From NCBI RefSeq assembly GCF_000150275.1, contig NW_002060945.1:2689172-2753171 (forward strand): a stretch of 64,000 nt of DNA. Direction: 5' to 3'. Positions 28,884 to 41,015 of the stretch are shown here, piece after piece. The notes beneath the pieces were generated by a model that saw nothing but the letters and a program-made list of their open reading frames with translations, ran no database searches and was not told where the DNA came from. The DNA is from Trichoplax adhaerens. Its lineage: Eukaryota > Animalia > Placozoa. Position 1 is the stretch's first letter. Every line of letters starts with the position of its first letter. Both the position numbers and the translations under genes were made by a program.

Positions 28884-29690
28884 GTATGTACTTACTTGTA
28901 CTTTTTACTTTAAATTATAATTATATAATTAATATATTAATATTAATTCATTTGCAACCAAAAATCTTCAATTGGAAATCGCACGACGATCAATAAAGAA
29001 ATAAAGGTTACAGTTTACAGAACGTTTTAATCCTTAGTAAAAGATATCAAGTACATTAAACTGATGAAATCCAAATAGTTTAACAATTTAGAATTCGTAA
29101 ATTTGACGTAGCATTGACAAAATGCAAATACATTTTTAATTATTAATGTACAGTATAATACTGTATTGAGCGGATAACGATTCTAATCATTATATGTATA
29201 ATTTTTGACTGCATACTATTGTACTGTACAACAGATCGCAACGCTGTAATTAGTAGTAGATCAAGTTATGCTTGCCTATATGCGTTAGTTGATAGTAATG
29301 CAGCTATGCTATTCAAGCAGTCATAGTCTAGACTGCTATAGCTGTTAGTAAATATCAGATCTCACAGCGATACGAAACAACATTTACTATCAATTTCTTA
29401 CAGCAATAGCAACAGTAATGTAGTGGTTATTGATAAATGACGTAATGGATTGACTCATTGTAACTGCAATAGATAGATAGGCATATGATGTAGTACCATA
29501 TTTTCTAACAACCAGAGGTGAACGCAACATATAAAAGTCCTAGGTGAACATTTCCTGTGGACAAGTGCAACGAACAGAACTAGTCTAGTTCGAACATTCA
29601 ATCTGAATTTGGCAAGCATAACAACATCAACTATGAAATTCTTTCCTTTATGAACAAGAAATGGGTAAACGCTAACAGATTGTATAACAT

Positions 29691-31361
29691 TTAAGCTGCA
29701 AGCAACTCTTTACATCGATAATCAGTTGTCAATTCAGCTGCGGTTTTTTCTGAACCATCCGCAAGGTCACGTTCAGCACCATTATCTAATAAGAGCTTTA
29801 TTATATCTAGTTGGCCATTCTTTGCTGCGACATGTAGTGGTGTTTGGTTATTAGTCAACGAAGGCTCGTTTACATCAATTTCGTTATTGCAGGCTTTCAG
29901 CAGCGTTTGTAAATAGATTATAGTAATGCAATCATAGACAGCTTGTAAGTCAGGCTTGAAGAGTTTATAAGATCGATTATCAATCACAAAGTAGAATAAA
30001 ATTTTACAACATTCCTGAAGTTCTTTATCCTTTAGTAGCTCCAAAAAGAATGTAATAAACTGGTAGCATGGTAGTCGCTCTGCAATACTCATAGGAAAGG
30101 TCGGATTGTTACTCATATAGTTAACCAACACAATAAAACTGGAGTAATCATAATAGTCATACTTTATCGATTTAAAGTTAAACATGTGTGGTATTAAACG
30201 GACTATTGTAGTAAGCTGTTGTTTCGTAAACGACAACTTGGTTGCATACAAAGGCTTCAGCAAAGGCAATTCGGCATCTAATCGATACTTCATAATCGAT
30301 ACGATGTTCTTTCGAACGCACTCACCAATATTTTCCGGTCCATATTCATTGATAAGGTCTAAATGGGTTTGTTTGCCCTCATTGACAGCTCGACAAATGG
30401 CATAAAGAAGACTTCGCTCACTCGTATCTCTTCTAACTAAAGTTTGAAAAATTTCAAGATTTTCTTCTCTCATAGCGATCACAAATGAGTTGTTAATATC
30501 CTCGCGAATTTTGGCACCATAATTGATCAGCACTTCTATAATCTCCCTGTAACCAAGCATTGTCGCATATGACAATGGCGACATATCGTATTTATCACAT
30601 TCATTAATTTTCGCACCAGATTTGATAGCATTTTGTATTTTTTCCATATCTCTAGTAATAACAGCTCTGTGTAAAGTTGGCATCTTAAATTGCAGTAGAT
30701 ATTGTAACAAAAGCTGTCTACCATCTTCACCACTGGAAATCAGAACATTGACATGACTGCTAAAAGTACTAGTGGGTACAGATTCGACAGATTCAAGAAT
30801 CCATGGATTTTGTAGTGGTCCTGGATTATGAAGTAACATTTCAACAAAGTGGAAACGATTCGAATGCAGTGCAGTTTCGAAGGGACTCAACCAACATTTA
30901 TCGTACTCAAGCGAGTCATCCTTGTGGTTATTCAATATCTGGATTAATTTTCGACCAAGAACTTCATAGCCAAATTTAGCAGCAAAGTCTAGCATTCGTC
31001 TATGATCTGGTACATCTTGATGATCGGCCAATTGGAGGTTTATGGCGAAAAATTTATAGCCCAAGTCTGCTAGCCAACCAACCCTTTCTTCAAGGGTGCT
31101 TAAGGCGCTATGCGATTCAATGCAATATCGTTTTGCAGTGCGATTGGGTCCAAGGAATGCACGTTGGTAATATGTTTGATAAGAGTCTCCTTTTAGTAAC
31201 ATGGGATTTGCTGTCAATTCATGATTGATGACATAACTCCATACTTCATTATGATCGATGACATCACGAAAAGTTTTGCAAACCAATTTTAAAATAGGTA
31301 GCTTGTACCCAGGCAAAAAGCCAAATATTTGTGCTAAGATTTCTTCTGGTAGTAATTCCAT
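29691..31361 (-). CDS. N-terminal F-box + ankyrin-repeat protein, single coding exon
   Basis: First ATG at 31361: MELLPEEILAQIFGFLP...LKLVCKTFRDVI....W (F-box); ankyrin motifs SPFETA, PTLHRAV..GAKIN, SPLSYA..YGA, QTPLHVAAKNGQLDIIKLLLDNGA. The ORF track start at 31385 is a TTG. Confidence 0.85.
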   Translation of the reverse strand: MELLPEEILAQIFGFLPGYKLPILKLVCKTFRDVIDHNEVWSYVINHELTANPMLLKGDSYQTYYQRAFLGPNRTAKRYCIESHSALSTLEERVGWLADLGYKFFAINLQLADHQDVPDHRRMLDFAAKFGYEVLGRKLIQILNNHKDDSLEYDKCWLSPFETALHSNRFHFVEMLLHNPGPLQNPWILESVESVPTSTFSSHVNVLISSGEDGRQLLLQYLLQFKMPTLHRAVITRDMEKIQNAIKSGAKINECDKYDMSPLSYATMLGYREIIEVLINYGAKIREDINNSFVIAMREENLEIFQTLVRRDTSERSLLYAICRAVNEGKQTHLDLINEYGPENIGECVRKNIVSIMKYRLDAELPLLKPLYATKLSFTKQQLTTIVRLIPHMFNFKSIKYDYYDYSSFIVLVNYMSNNPTFPMSIAERLPCYQFITFFLELLKDKELQECCKILFYFVIDNRSYKLFKPDLQAVYDCITIIYLQTLLKACNNEIDVNEPSLTNNQTPLHVAAKNGQLDIIKLLLDNGAERDLADGSEKTAAELTTDYRCKELLAA

Positions 31362-31658
31362 GCTCCCCTTTTGTAACGCAGGCAAAAGTCAGTAATATCG
31401 GATTGGTTGTTAGTTTAGGTTTTCACTCGATCAGGCTATCTAAGAAAGCACGTGTATAGGCTTTGTACATTTATTTTGGCCCGGTCTGCGCAGATTAGCG
31501 TCTCATCGGAGAAATCTTGATAAGGTAATGCAAGGTGATGATACAAAACTTGCTCGAGCTATCTTGCTTCTTCTCGTACCTCCTTTACTGAATTCTTCTC
31601 AATAATAATATAATAATATTAACAATAATAATTTTAATATCAAAGTCTGAAAGAAGAC

Positions 31659-33537
31659 GTACTGTACTGTACAGTAGACTCGTACAGTACTGTACTGTAC
31701 ACTGTACAGTGTACTGTAGACCTGTCACAGGTTCGGTTCGGTTCTGAACCGAACCACTTTTTAGTGCGAACCGGTTACTATAGTTTACACCTGCATTGGT
31801 AACGCACTCCGTTTGACGCAATTCACGCACGTACTGTACTGTACGTTGTGTTTTACTGAAAGTGATCGTGTAAAGACTTTTAATCTAGTCTATTCAGTGT
31901 ACAGTACAGTATGGTATGAGAGCATTTGAGTACCATTAATTAACCTTTAATACGGTAACATGCACTCCTAGATGCATCTAGATCTAGCACTCGAGTGTTT
32001 CTAGTCCATGGCCGTGAGAGGGTAATGGTTATCCTGCAGCTATTTACAGCAAGTTTTCCATTTAGTAAATAATTAATAAGTAACCACGTCAATGGCGTAA
32101 GGTAGAGACCCTTCTCTAAAAAGGGTTTCTACTGTACAGTATATGTGTATGGTATTCATTTTATTGATAATTTACTAATAGTAATACATCAATGGCTAGC
32201 AGTTAGCGTGTATATTTATTACCACTGTTGCGATCGTTTTACCGTAAAATGAGAGTACAGTTCAGTATGGAATGATATGAAGTCGTTTAGCTAAGATTTT
32301 GGACATTATCGTGGCTTTTATCTTTACAGAAACAAGTACAGTGGAGAGATCTTCATAGTCTGGCGCAGACTTTGACCAGACCAGACCATGAAGATCTCTA
32401 GACACTAGCACTGAAGTACAGCTTACAGTACACAGTACGACGTGATCGGATATCCCATGCTGTGCTGTACAGTCTACAGTACTCTAGGCTGTATTGCTGA
32501 AAAAGGAAACCTTACGCCGAATGAATAATAATTTAGCTAAACTCTTCAAATTATCGACTATCCAATTTTTTTCAAAATTACTTCAGCTAAAATCGAGCGA
32601 AGACTGGTTTAGGAGGGGGAAAGTGGAGGAAATTTTCAGATGCCCCAATCTAATTCTTTCTTTATAGTACTGTAGATAGCAATAGTGTCGTACAGGATAC
32701 GATACAGTAAGTCCAGTTGCATTGTACGGTACAGCGCACCAAGGCCGTTTAGAGGTGCATGTACTGTACACAGTACAGTACGGTACAGAATATAGGCTAC
32801 AGTACAGTACTATAAACCATAGTTTTTTTTTATTAGATTCGCGGTAAGCCGAGTACGGTCGAGTGTACAAGTGTACCTAGACTTACTGTATCGTATACCG
32901 TATGATATCATTGCTATCAACTAATATGAAGACTGAGATGGAGGCATCCAAATTTCCTCCACCTCACCTTCTTAAAACAGTCTTCGCTCGATTTTAAACA
33001 AAGTAACATCCAAAAAACAATCATTGTCGGTAGTTTAAAGAGTTGAGCTAGATAATTAGTGGTTGGGGGTGAAGTTTGGTATTTCACCAACACAACCTAC
33101 CGTACAGTGTACTGTACTGTACAATGTACAGTACATTCGGTAGTACAATTTTCGCATCAATTCGTTCAAGCACGATCGCAAATGCATGGTTTTAATATGT
33201 ACTGTACAGTATTGAGTCAAGGTTCATAACGATTGATCTTTTGGAGGCTTACTGTAGCGTAAAATCTGCAACGGAAATGCAATGAATGACGTATGGGATG
33301 AATAAGTACAGTACTGTATAATGTTCCCCAAAAGATTTTTTAAAATTACACTCTGTTATACTGTACTGTAGAATGAAAGATGTACAGTACTTTAGCACGT
33401 TCCCGTCTACGAGTAACTGCGCACTCTCTTTCCGTTCCCTTCAATGATATTGTACAATGTACAGTACGTACTGGCATGCACTGTAGTGTATGTACTGTAC
33501 ACTGTACTGTACTATACACTACAGTACTGTACTGTAG
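31659..33537. repeat. Multiple pentamer tracts across the F-box-ankyrin/TMEM234 divergent intergenic region
   Basis: Tracts at about 31659-31718, 31831-31844, 32417-32482, 32760-32811, 33102-33135, 33359-33390 and 33451-33537. Confidence 0.9.
32487..33097. mobile_element. Degenerate non-autonomous DNA element with about 165-bp terminal inverted repeats (MITE/foldback-like)
   Basis: Arms 32487-32651 and 32936-33097 align as reverse complements, including a perfect 19-mer (taaaatcgagcgaagactg 32588-32606 / cagtcttcgctcgatttta 32978-32996) and gtggaggaaattt / aaatttcctccac; TA on both outer sides; no transposase ORF. Confidence 0.6.
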
Positions 33538-33623
33538 CAACATTAAGGTTAAGAAGATTAAAAAGAGTTCAATTAGGCGTAAAAACATCCTTGATCAACA
33601 CAATTTGGCATTGCAACGTTCAA

Positions 33624-34037
33624 ATGATGCCTCTTAATGATATCATTGAATGTACAATATCGTTTATAGTGGTATCTCTCTTTTGGGGTTGCACTAATCC
33701 TCTTATTAAAAAGGCTAATGATAATCCTCACCAAGCCAAGTTGGATAAAGGATCCAATCGACTGTTCAATTTCTATCTCGATTTCAAGAACCTAGTGACA
33801 AACTGGAAAAGATTTTACCCTATTCTCATCAATCAGATCGGATCCTTAATATATTATGTTACCCTGTCAAAAGCTGATTTATCTCTTGCAATTCCTGTCG
33901 CTAACTCCTTAACGTTTGTATTTACTGCCTTAACCGGGTACTATTTAGGAGAGAAATTAAATGGTGGCATTAGATTATGGTTAGGTACATCGCTGATATT
34001 GTGTGGGGTTACTTTGTGTGTCATAAGTAAGACATAA
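33624..34037 (+). CDS. TMEM234: Transmembrane protein 234 homolog (EamA/DMT-like), single coding exon
   Basis: LFWGCTNPLIKK, NQIGSLIYYVTLSKADLSLAIPVANSLTFVFTALTG..LGE, LG..LILCGVTLCV. The ORF track extension back to 33444 is translated pentamer repeat. Confidence 0.88.
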   Translation: MMPLNDIIECTISFIVVSLFWGCTNPLIKKANDNPHQAKLDKGSNRLFNFYLDFKNLVTNWKRFYPILINQIGSLIYYVTLSKADLSLAIPVANSLTFVFTALTGYYLGEKLNGGIRLWLGTSLILCGVTLCVISKT

Positions 34038-36220
34038 TCCAACGGAAAAAGTCACAAATATCGCATCATTTCCAGTCAAACCTACTACATAGCACGGAGC
34101 TTGAAGCTCGAAATGGACGTGCATATAAAGTATAGTATGCATGCACTCATATAGCTGCGACGCCTTTGGGTATAAGTTTATGGTAGCAAAGCTTTAACAA
34201 GTTGGCATGAATAAAACATCCGCATTACAATTTATCAATCGAGAATGCTTTTGCTATGCTTGATCATTACCTTCCTGTTACTTGAGCATAGGATATGCAA
34301 TTCGTTCTTTCGCTAATGTTATTCAGCTCCTACTAACACTCACACGTCTTGAAAAGTATTTATACGAGTACTCTACCATGTACTTAGTCCTGCTAATTTA
34401 CCTTTCTGCAACTGTGCTTAAAGTATCAAAGCAGCTAAGGAAGCATAAGCAAACTCAAACATTCCGTTCAACTGAACGAGTTGTTATCTAGTGCAGATAA
34501 ATAATGTAATACCAATACCTTAACTTCTATATGTCAAAATGTAAAACTTTAATGTTAGATAACGTGTAATATTTTGCCATTCTACTCCATGGATTTTACG
34601 CCTGTTATACTTTTACTGTTTTCGAAATATAGCTTAAAGCTATTTATTAACTGTCATATACTGAATCATCTACAATACCCAGTGTTGTGTTTTACAGCAT
34701 TGAACAGTCATAGTTGAAGAGTATTATTTCCAAATTTTTGTACTTACATTTGCAAAGTAGCAATTAACTAGAAAATAGATTACGGAATGCTTGTAGAATT
34801 AAAGGCACAACACGAAATGATTGGCTACCATGGAAATTTAAATTAAAATAAATGAGCTAAATTTAAAAGGATAACGTTTGTACGACTATACACGTAATTA
34901 GAATGATTCATATTTGTTGCTCCACGTAGCGATATCCCCTACATTAAATTACTCGAAACCGATAGGCTATCTGATGTTCAGGTTCAAATAATGAAGATTG
35001 CTCGAATAATTTTGGTGTAAGATATTTGTTATCCATTTTCTTAGGATAATTTAATTGTGACTGATTATGTGAAAACTATGCGCTATTATTTTATGACATT
35101 GTTTATTGCATACCAAACACGTTCGGCCAAAGACCGTGTTTATTACACAAAATACGAACTTTAAACGTAGCATTCAGACTATTACGATACCAGAACGTTC
35201 TAAAAGGAATATCGCAGAATCATACTGCACCTTGAACTGACATTAGACTAGATGATGATGCGCTAATTTGTACATAATCCCATCTTGTAACTACTAGGTA
35301 ATTGCACTTTAGCTCTTGCTAGTAAATGTCCTAGATATATTGAGTATCGTTTATAAATCCAGTACATAATTTTCTTGGCAATTGCTACTTTATTACTTTT
35401 AAAATACTAAAATAAATTTTATAAATTTTGCTTACCGATTCATCTTAACTAATTTTTTGATATCTTATTCACTTGCCCTACAGTAGTCTAATTTTTAATG
35501 CACGCATTCATCCTGAACTAATATAGTACGTTACTCATTTGGTTCTATTTCCATATTTTTAGACGGTCTCAATTTCCAAAACTGATTGTTTACCGAAATA
35601 TGTAAAATTTTTACATCAATTGAAAAGTTTCAAAAGTCAAACTGTTATTATTTATTCATTGGTTAGATGATTTCGATGCAACAGTATGCATTTATCAGAT
35701 TGTACTCAGGGTTTGTCATCTAGTACGGTACTATGGCTATCAGTCATTACCTTTCTATGCAATCTAACCAATCTTCCATCCTTTCACTAATATCTTTCTA
35801 TTAATAAGTATTGTAACTATTATTATTATTATCTATGTATGTAATAACTTATCATATAATAAGGCCACTAGCTATAATTGAATCAGCGATCCATTATTAA
35901 TGCATACGCTCTACTCATCAACTAGTACAGTGCTGATCGTTACCAAGCAACAGGTGTTAGATGGGTGTGTTCCTCTAGAGTAGTAGTATGGTCTATTGTC
36001 TGATCAATATGTAACCTATATTATGAACGGATCTGCCAAAGGAACTATTCGGTTGCATAATTAATTGATCCATTGTCAACAGGCGACGACAAAGTAAGTT
36101 CTTAAGAAAGCTATATTTAATCTAAGTGAAAGACTCACGTCCGCATTTATGCAACAACTCCCTAGTCTTTCTTCGTAAAAAGCTTTAAATATTTATTTTT
36201 ATTTCGTCCAGCAAAGTATC

Positions 36221-39200
36221 ATGGCATACTCTACCTTTAGAAATAGTCGTATCCAGATAATACTTTTAATATTATCTTTATATTATTGTCGAGCCACGGT
36301 TGATGTATCATCAGACGCTTTCATTAAAGGTCATATGAAACCATTAGGATCTCATCGAGAACCTTTGGCCGTAGAGGAGTTAACTTCTATTCCTAATCCA
36401 AAAACATTTTATGATCTTTATACTAAGCCTGGTAAACCTGTAATTCTTCGTAATGCAGCCAAAGCGATTCCAGCTTTCAGTTTATGGACTGATGAATATC
36501 TAAGGTAGTTTGATAATCGATAGTCTGATAGATCGTAAAAGTCGTAAAAGGAATTATTATCGCCGTAGATGTTAAATCATGTTATTAATCATACTATTAA
36601 TAATCAATTTGTACCGATAGTTTCTATCTATCAATTAGTAATTCGTTTATAGAGATAGACCTGTATCATCAGTGTAGCCTAAAACGATGTCGAAGTAATC
36701 ATTGATCTAGCGTTTTATACAATGAAAGCTTTTCATATACGTAATAAATATATTAGAAATTAACAAGATTGGAGTAAGTTCTATACATGATATAACGATA
36801 TACGATTCTACTTTAATATAAACTATGCATACAGAATATAGCATTAACTAGTTAAAGACCGGCTACGAAGTAATAAAGTATTAGTTATAAATACTGTATT
36901 TGGATGTAGTATAACTCCCGGGATTTAGATATAACTACATCGATTTACTTTATAAAGAAGTTAACAAATCGAGATCTTAGATTGATAGTATCGAATTATA
37001 CGATTAATGACTTTTCATCGTTAGCTGATAGTTTATATCGTATTTGTATGTACACACTATAATACTTTAAAATTATTTAGTTTGTCATCAATTTTTATAA
37101 TTTCATTTGGAGCAAGTCTGTAGCACAATAAAATATATAACGAATATATGTAAACTAGTTTGACATTACCGTAAATAATGTACTGTGTCGGTACATGGTG
37201 TAAATTAATATTTACTTACGATGTCTTAAGAATATTTATAAATAGTTAATGAAATATGTTACGCTAAGATTATTTTCTTCTTATTAATTCGATTACTATC
37301 GAAATTGTTGATATTTAATAGATCTAGTAGTTATATGTATAAAATTGTTTGCAATTTAATGTAATATTTTAAAAAGTTCTAATACATTCACGAATCGTGT
37401 CACAATATTTATTAATATACAGCGAGAAATTCGGTAATGTTCAAGTTCTAGTCGAAGAAGGTAAAAAAGAGAATAGGTCGAAAGGGAATTTTATGACTTC
37501 TCTAAAAGAGTTTGTTAACTCATATAAAACTGAAGATTTATATGTTGTTCATACGGTCCCGAAAGAAATGCGAGGTTAGTTATATTTCTAATATATTACT
37601 TTTATCGGTCAAATATCGTTATGAAGTCAGTTTAGAAATTTTTGTCGAAATATTACACGTGGTAAGCTGTATCGCTAACTTTAAATGCATTATGACTCTA
37701 CATTAGGATCAAAGTAGTTATAATAAGCTTGGCACAATCTAAATATCCTCTCTACTTTACCAGTTATTACTTCTTGCATTTATTAATTCAGACTCTGGTA
37801 GTCATCTAGTTAAAGTTTCATCTGCTATTAATAAATCGCTAAATTGACATATGATAAAGGATTCGATACTCTAGGTTTAATAAATAATAAATTTGATGAC
37901 ATTATAACTTCATAGACAAGATGTCCTTAACAATGTAAAATAAATCATAAGATCTCAGTATCATTTTATGTTGGCGATATATTCATGTAACTATTACGCA
38001 CTAAATGGCGTATACTTACCATCGCAAATAAACTTTAATTTAATTAATTTTATTTGTTATTACATACGTAGAGGATATTAGAATGCTGCCTTGCGTTTCG
38101 TGCGGTGGATATGCTGAAAAATTGCTTGATGTTGTCATGTGGTTTAGTAGTGGTGGTACCAAATCAGTTCTTCATAATGATGGATATGAAAATCTTAACT
38201 GTCTATTTCGTGGTACTAAAGAACTTGTTATGATTGATAAGGTACATAACAGTTAATATAATTCTATAAGGTCGTAAGATCTTTCACGTTAGTCTCGTTA
38301 ATTAGATTTGACAATAGACTTTGAAATGGCTTATTAAAAAATGTTGCAATTATACATTCGTCATGTAAAATAACTCTAAGCTAAATATTATAAACATACA
38401 GTAAATTTAAACATCCATTTACTACTACATTTTTTTGAATTGTCTTTTCTTTTGATTTCTTATATGCTGTTATAGAATGTTGATTACGATGCAATCTTTG
38501 ACAATAATGGCTTTAGTAATTTGGATGTCGATAAAGTTGATCTCAAGAAATATTCTGATCTGATCCACATGAAGTGGTATAAAGCCAAGATGTCGGCTGG
38601 TGATTGCATTTTTATTCCCCAATTGTAAGTCCTAAGCCAAAATTCCATTCCCATATTTTATGATACAGTAATATTTATAATTGGCCCTTTTGCTTTTATC
38701 ACTGATTCTACTAGAAGTTGTTTTAACTTAAGATTTATTGATGAACTTTTCTAATTTTCCTTATAGTTGGCTTCATCAAGTTCGATCTTACGACAGTAAC
38801 CTGGCTGTGAATATGTGGTGGATTCAGCTATTAAAATTTAATGAAAGTAGTTGCGAGAAAAATAAGGATGTCAACTATTTAAATACAGCTGATTACGAAT
38901 TTGCAACTTATGAACTATTAAGGTTCGAATTAAATTATTCTCTTTGAAGAAGTGTACAGCCTTGAGCTTCAATAATACCAACTGAATAAATCTTATAACT
39001 ATAATTCATTTCTATGCTGTAAATTTGTGGGTGTAACAAGGATATTTATGCTATGATATATTTACTAGATTTTTATGCTAACTATTATCGGACTGAATGT
39101 ATAATAATTTAACTTTATTACAGGAATTCAATCCTTGATTATATGCCAAAAAGTAAAAGGGCGACAAAGCAAACATTTAAGAGAATATTGACACGATGTG

Positions 39201-39379
39201 AGGTTGGACCAATTGTGTTTCCAGCCGTCTTCTCTACTTTTGATTCCAACAAAGATGACGTAGTATCATTTGATGAGGTGCAAGACCTACCTTATGGAGA
39301 GTTTTCTAAATTATTTCCAAATTGGAATTACGAATCTGAAGAGGCTGAGGAACTAGAGCCTGAACGTGACGAATTGTAA
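36221..39379 (+). CDS. Signal-peptide JmjC (cupin-like 8) oxygenase with EF-hand and ER-retrieval RDEL, copy 1
   Basis: Exons 36221-36504, 37423-37574, 38072-38241, 38476-38624, 38767-38922, 39124-39379 give an open 388-aa frame: hydrophobic leader, KPVILRNAA, WTDEYL, WFSSGGTKSVLHND (HxD), GDCIFIPQFWLHQVRS (distal His), DSNKDDVVSFDE, terminal RDEL. Confidence 0.88.
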
Positions 39380-41015
39380 TGTTAGCTATAATTTTTATAA
39401 AATTATAAGGACACTGGCGCAAAGTATCTGACTTAATCATTATGAAATTATTGCAATATATGTATATTTCAAGCGTTGCTAGGAATATACTATATTTTAG
39501 TAATTACTACCGTACGTCCCCGCTCACACTGTGTATCAAAGCAGTATTTTAACTTTTCACTTCTTCTGAAAATTGTCTTCACCTGGGTAAGGTGGTGTCG
39601 AAATTTATACATGCTGTATACCGAGATGATTAAGCCACTTTATTTAAACCATGCACTCAATCAATACGCATAAATTGTGATGATCAAAGATGATGAAGTG
39701 TTTTTAATTCTTCTACGATTATATTTGATCTCTTTTAGTTTATGTCTACGACCACACAATACACGGATGACAGTGCAACATTATCATGATTTAGTACTCT
39801 TATTATTAAAATACGTGTCAAACCAATGTAAAAGTAACAAAATGAAATAAATTAAAGCACGGAGTGTAGATTCTGTGACTTATTTTTTCTATAGTATCCA
39901 TTCCATTATACGTATATTATATATAAAATTTTTCCATTCAGTCTTATCAGGATTCCTTTTACTAATTACAAATTTTACTATTTGTACGTATCTACAATTT
40001 TTGTTAACGATACTTCGATGAGCAGATCATTAAACAAGCATTATTAGTCCCAATAGGTAGATAATTCGGTATGTGTATTTGCGTAGGCTCTCAGAGCGAC
40101 ATTACAACTTTAAGATATAGATAAAACATTTCCAGTCTTACTTAAGATTCACTAATTCAGTTAGATATCATAACTACTGCGCTGCTTATTTTTCGATAGT
40201 ATATAAAATTTTCGCTGATAATGTTATAGAAAAATACGAGTATTTTTATTACTTATAATCAAGCCTTTAGTCTGCATGTAGATAACATGGTCTATGCATA
40301 AATTTCGATCTTTCTTCTTCGCTGCCGTAATACTTTCATCTAATTAGAACTATCACTTTATCTTCAATATAATAAAAATAGCATCCATTCAGAATATCAC
40401 AATAGTATACAGTCAGGAAGGCTTTCGTGAACTGTACCTTCAAAACTATCTGTAGTTTCTATACCATTTTAATACTAATCGTTTAATGTCAAGTTATATG
40501 CAGTAAGTATTACAAATTTTCACTTTCTTATTTAGTATACATATACAGTATGTTACTACTAATCTAAAGTACAGTAGCTAAATTAATGTACAATATTGAC
40601 ATTCGTGTACATTTTTGGATTTAATTTATAATTTCTATACGTTATTAATTCTCACAAATCGATAATTTTTTAGCTATGCGGGTAATCATTTATGCCGTGG
40701 TGATCGAACAATTTTAGGCAAAGTATCTTTCATTCATTTATTGCTGTCTCTGAATGTGACAACATTCAATCGTTATTATTTTTTGTTAATGGAGTACTTG
40801 TACATAGAAATATTCCTATAACTACTTTTCCTTGCTTTCGGTGAAGTCTAATCCAATTTCTATTGCATTTTCAAAATCGGAATTGCTTGCCACTTCATAG
40901 CCCCTTTGATTTCTATTAACATTCATGAATTTCGCAACTTTGCCGACAATAAGGCAAATAACTAAATCGACAAGTTCATTTATTAGGAATGCTTTATTCA
41001 TCGAATGGTTTAATT

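Noticed and set aside
32010-32060. tRNA-like start GGCCGTGAGAGGGTAATGGTTATCCT with a D-arm-like hairpin
   Set aside because: No proper anticodon stem, no GTTCRA T-loop and no 3' acceptor strand.
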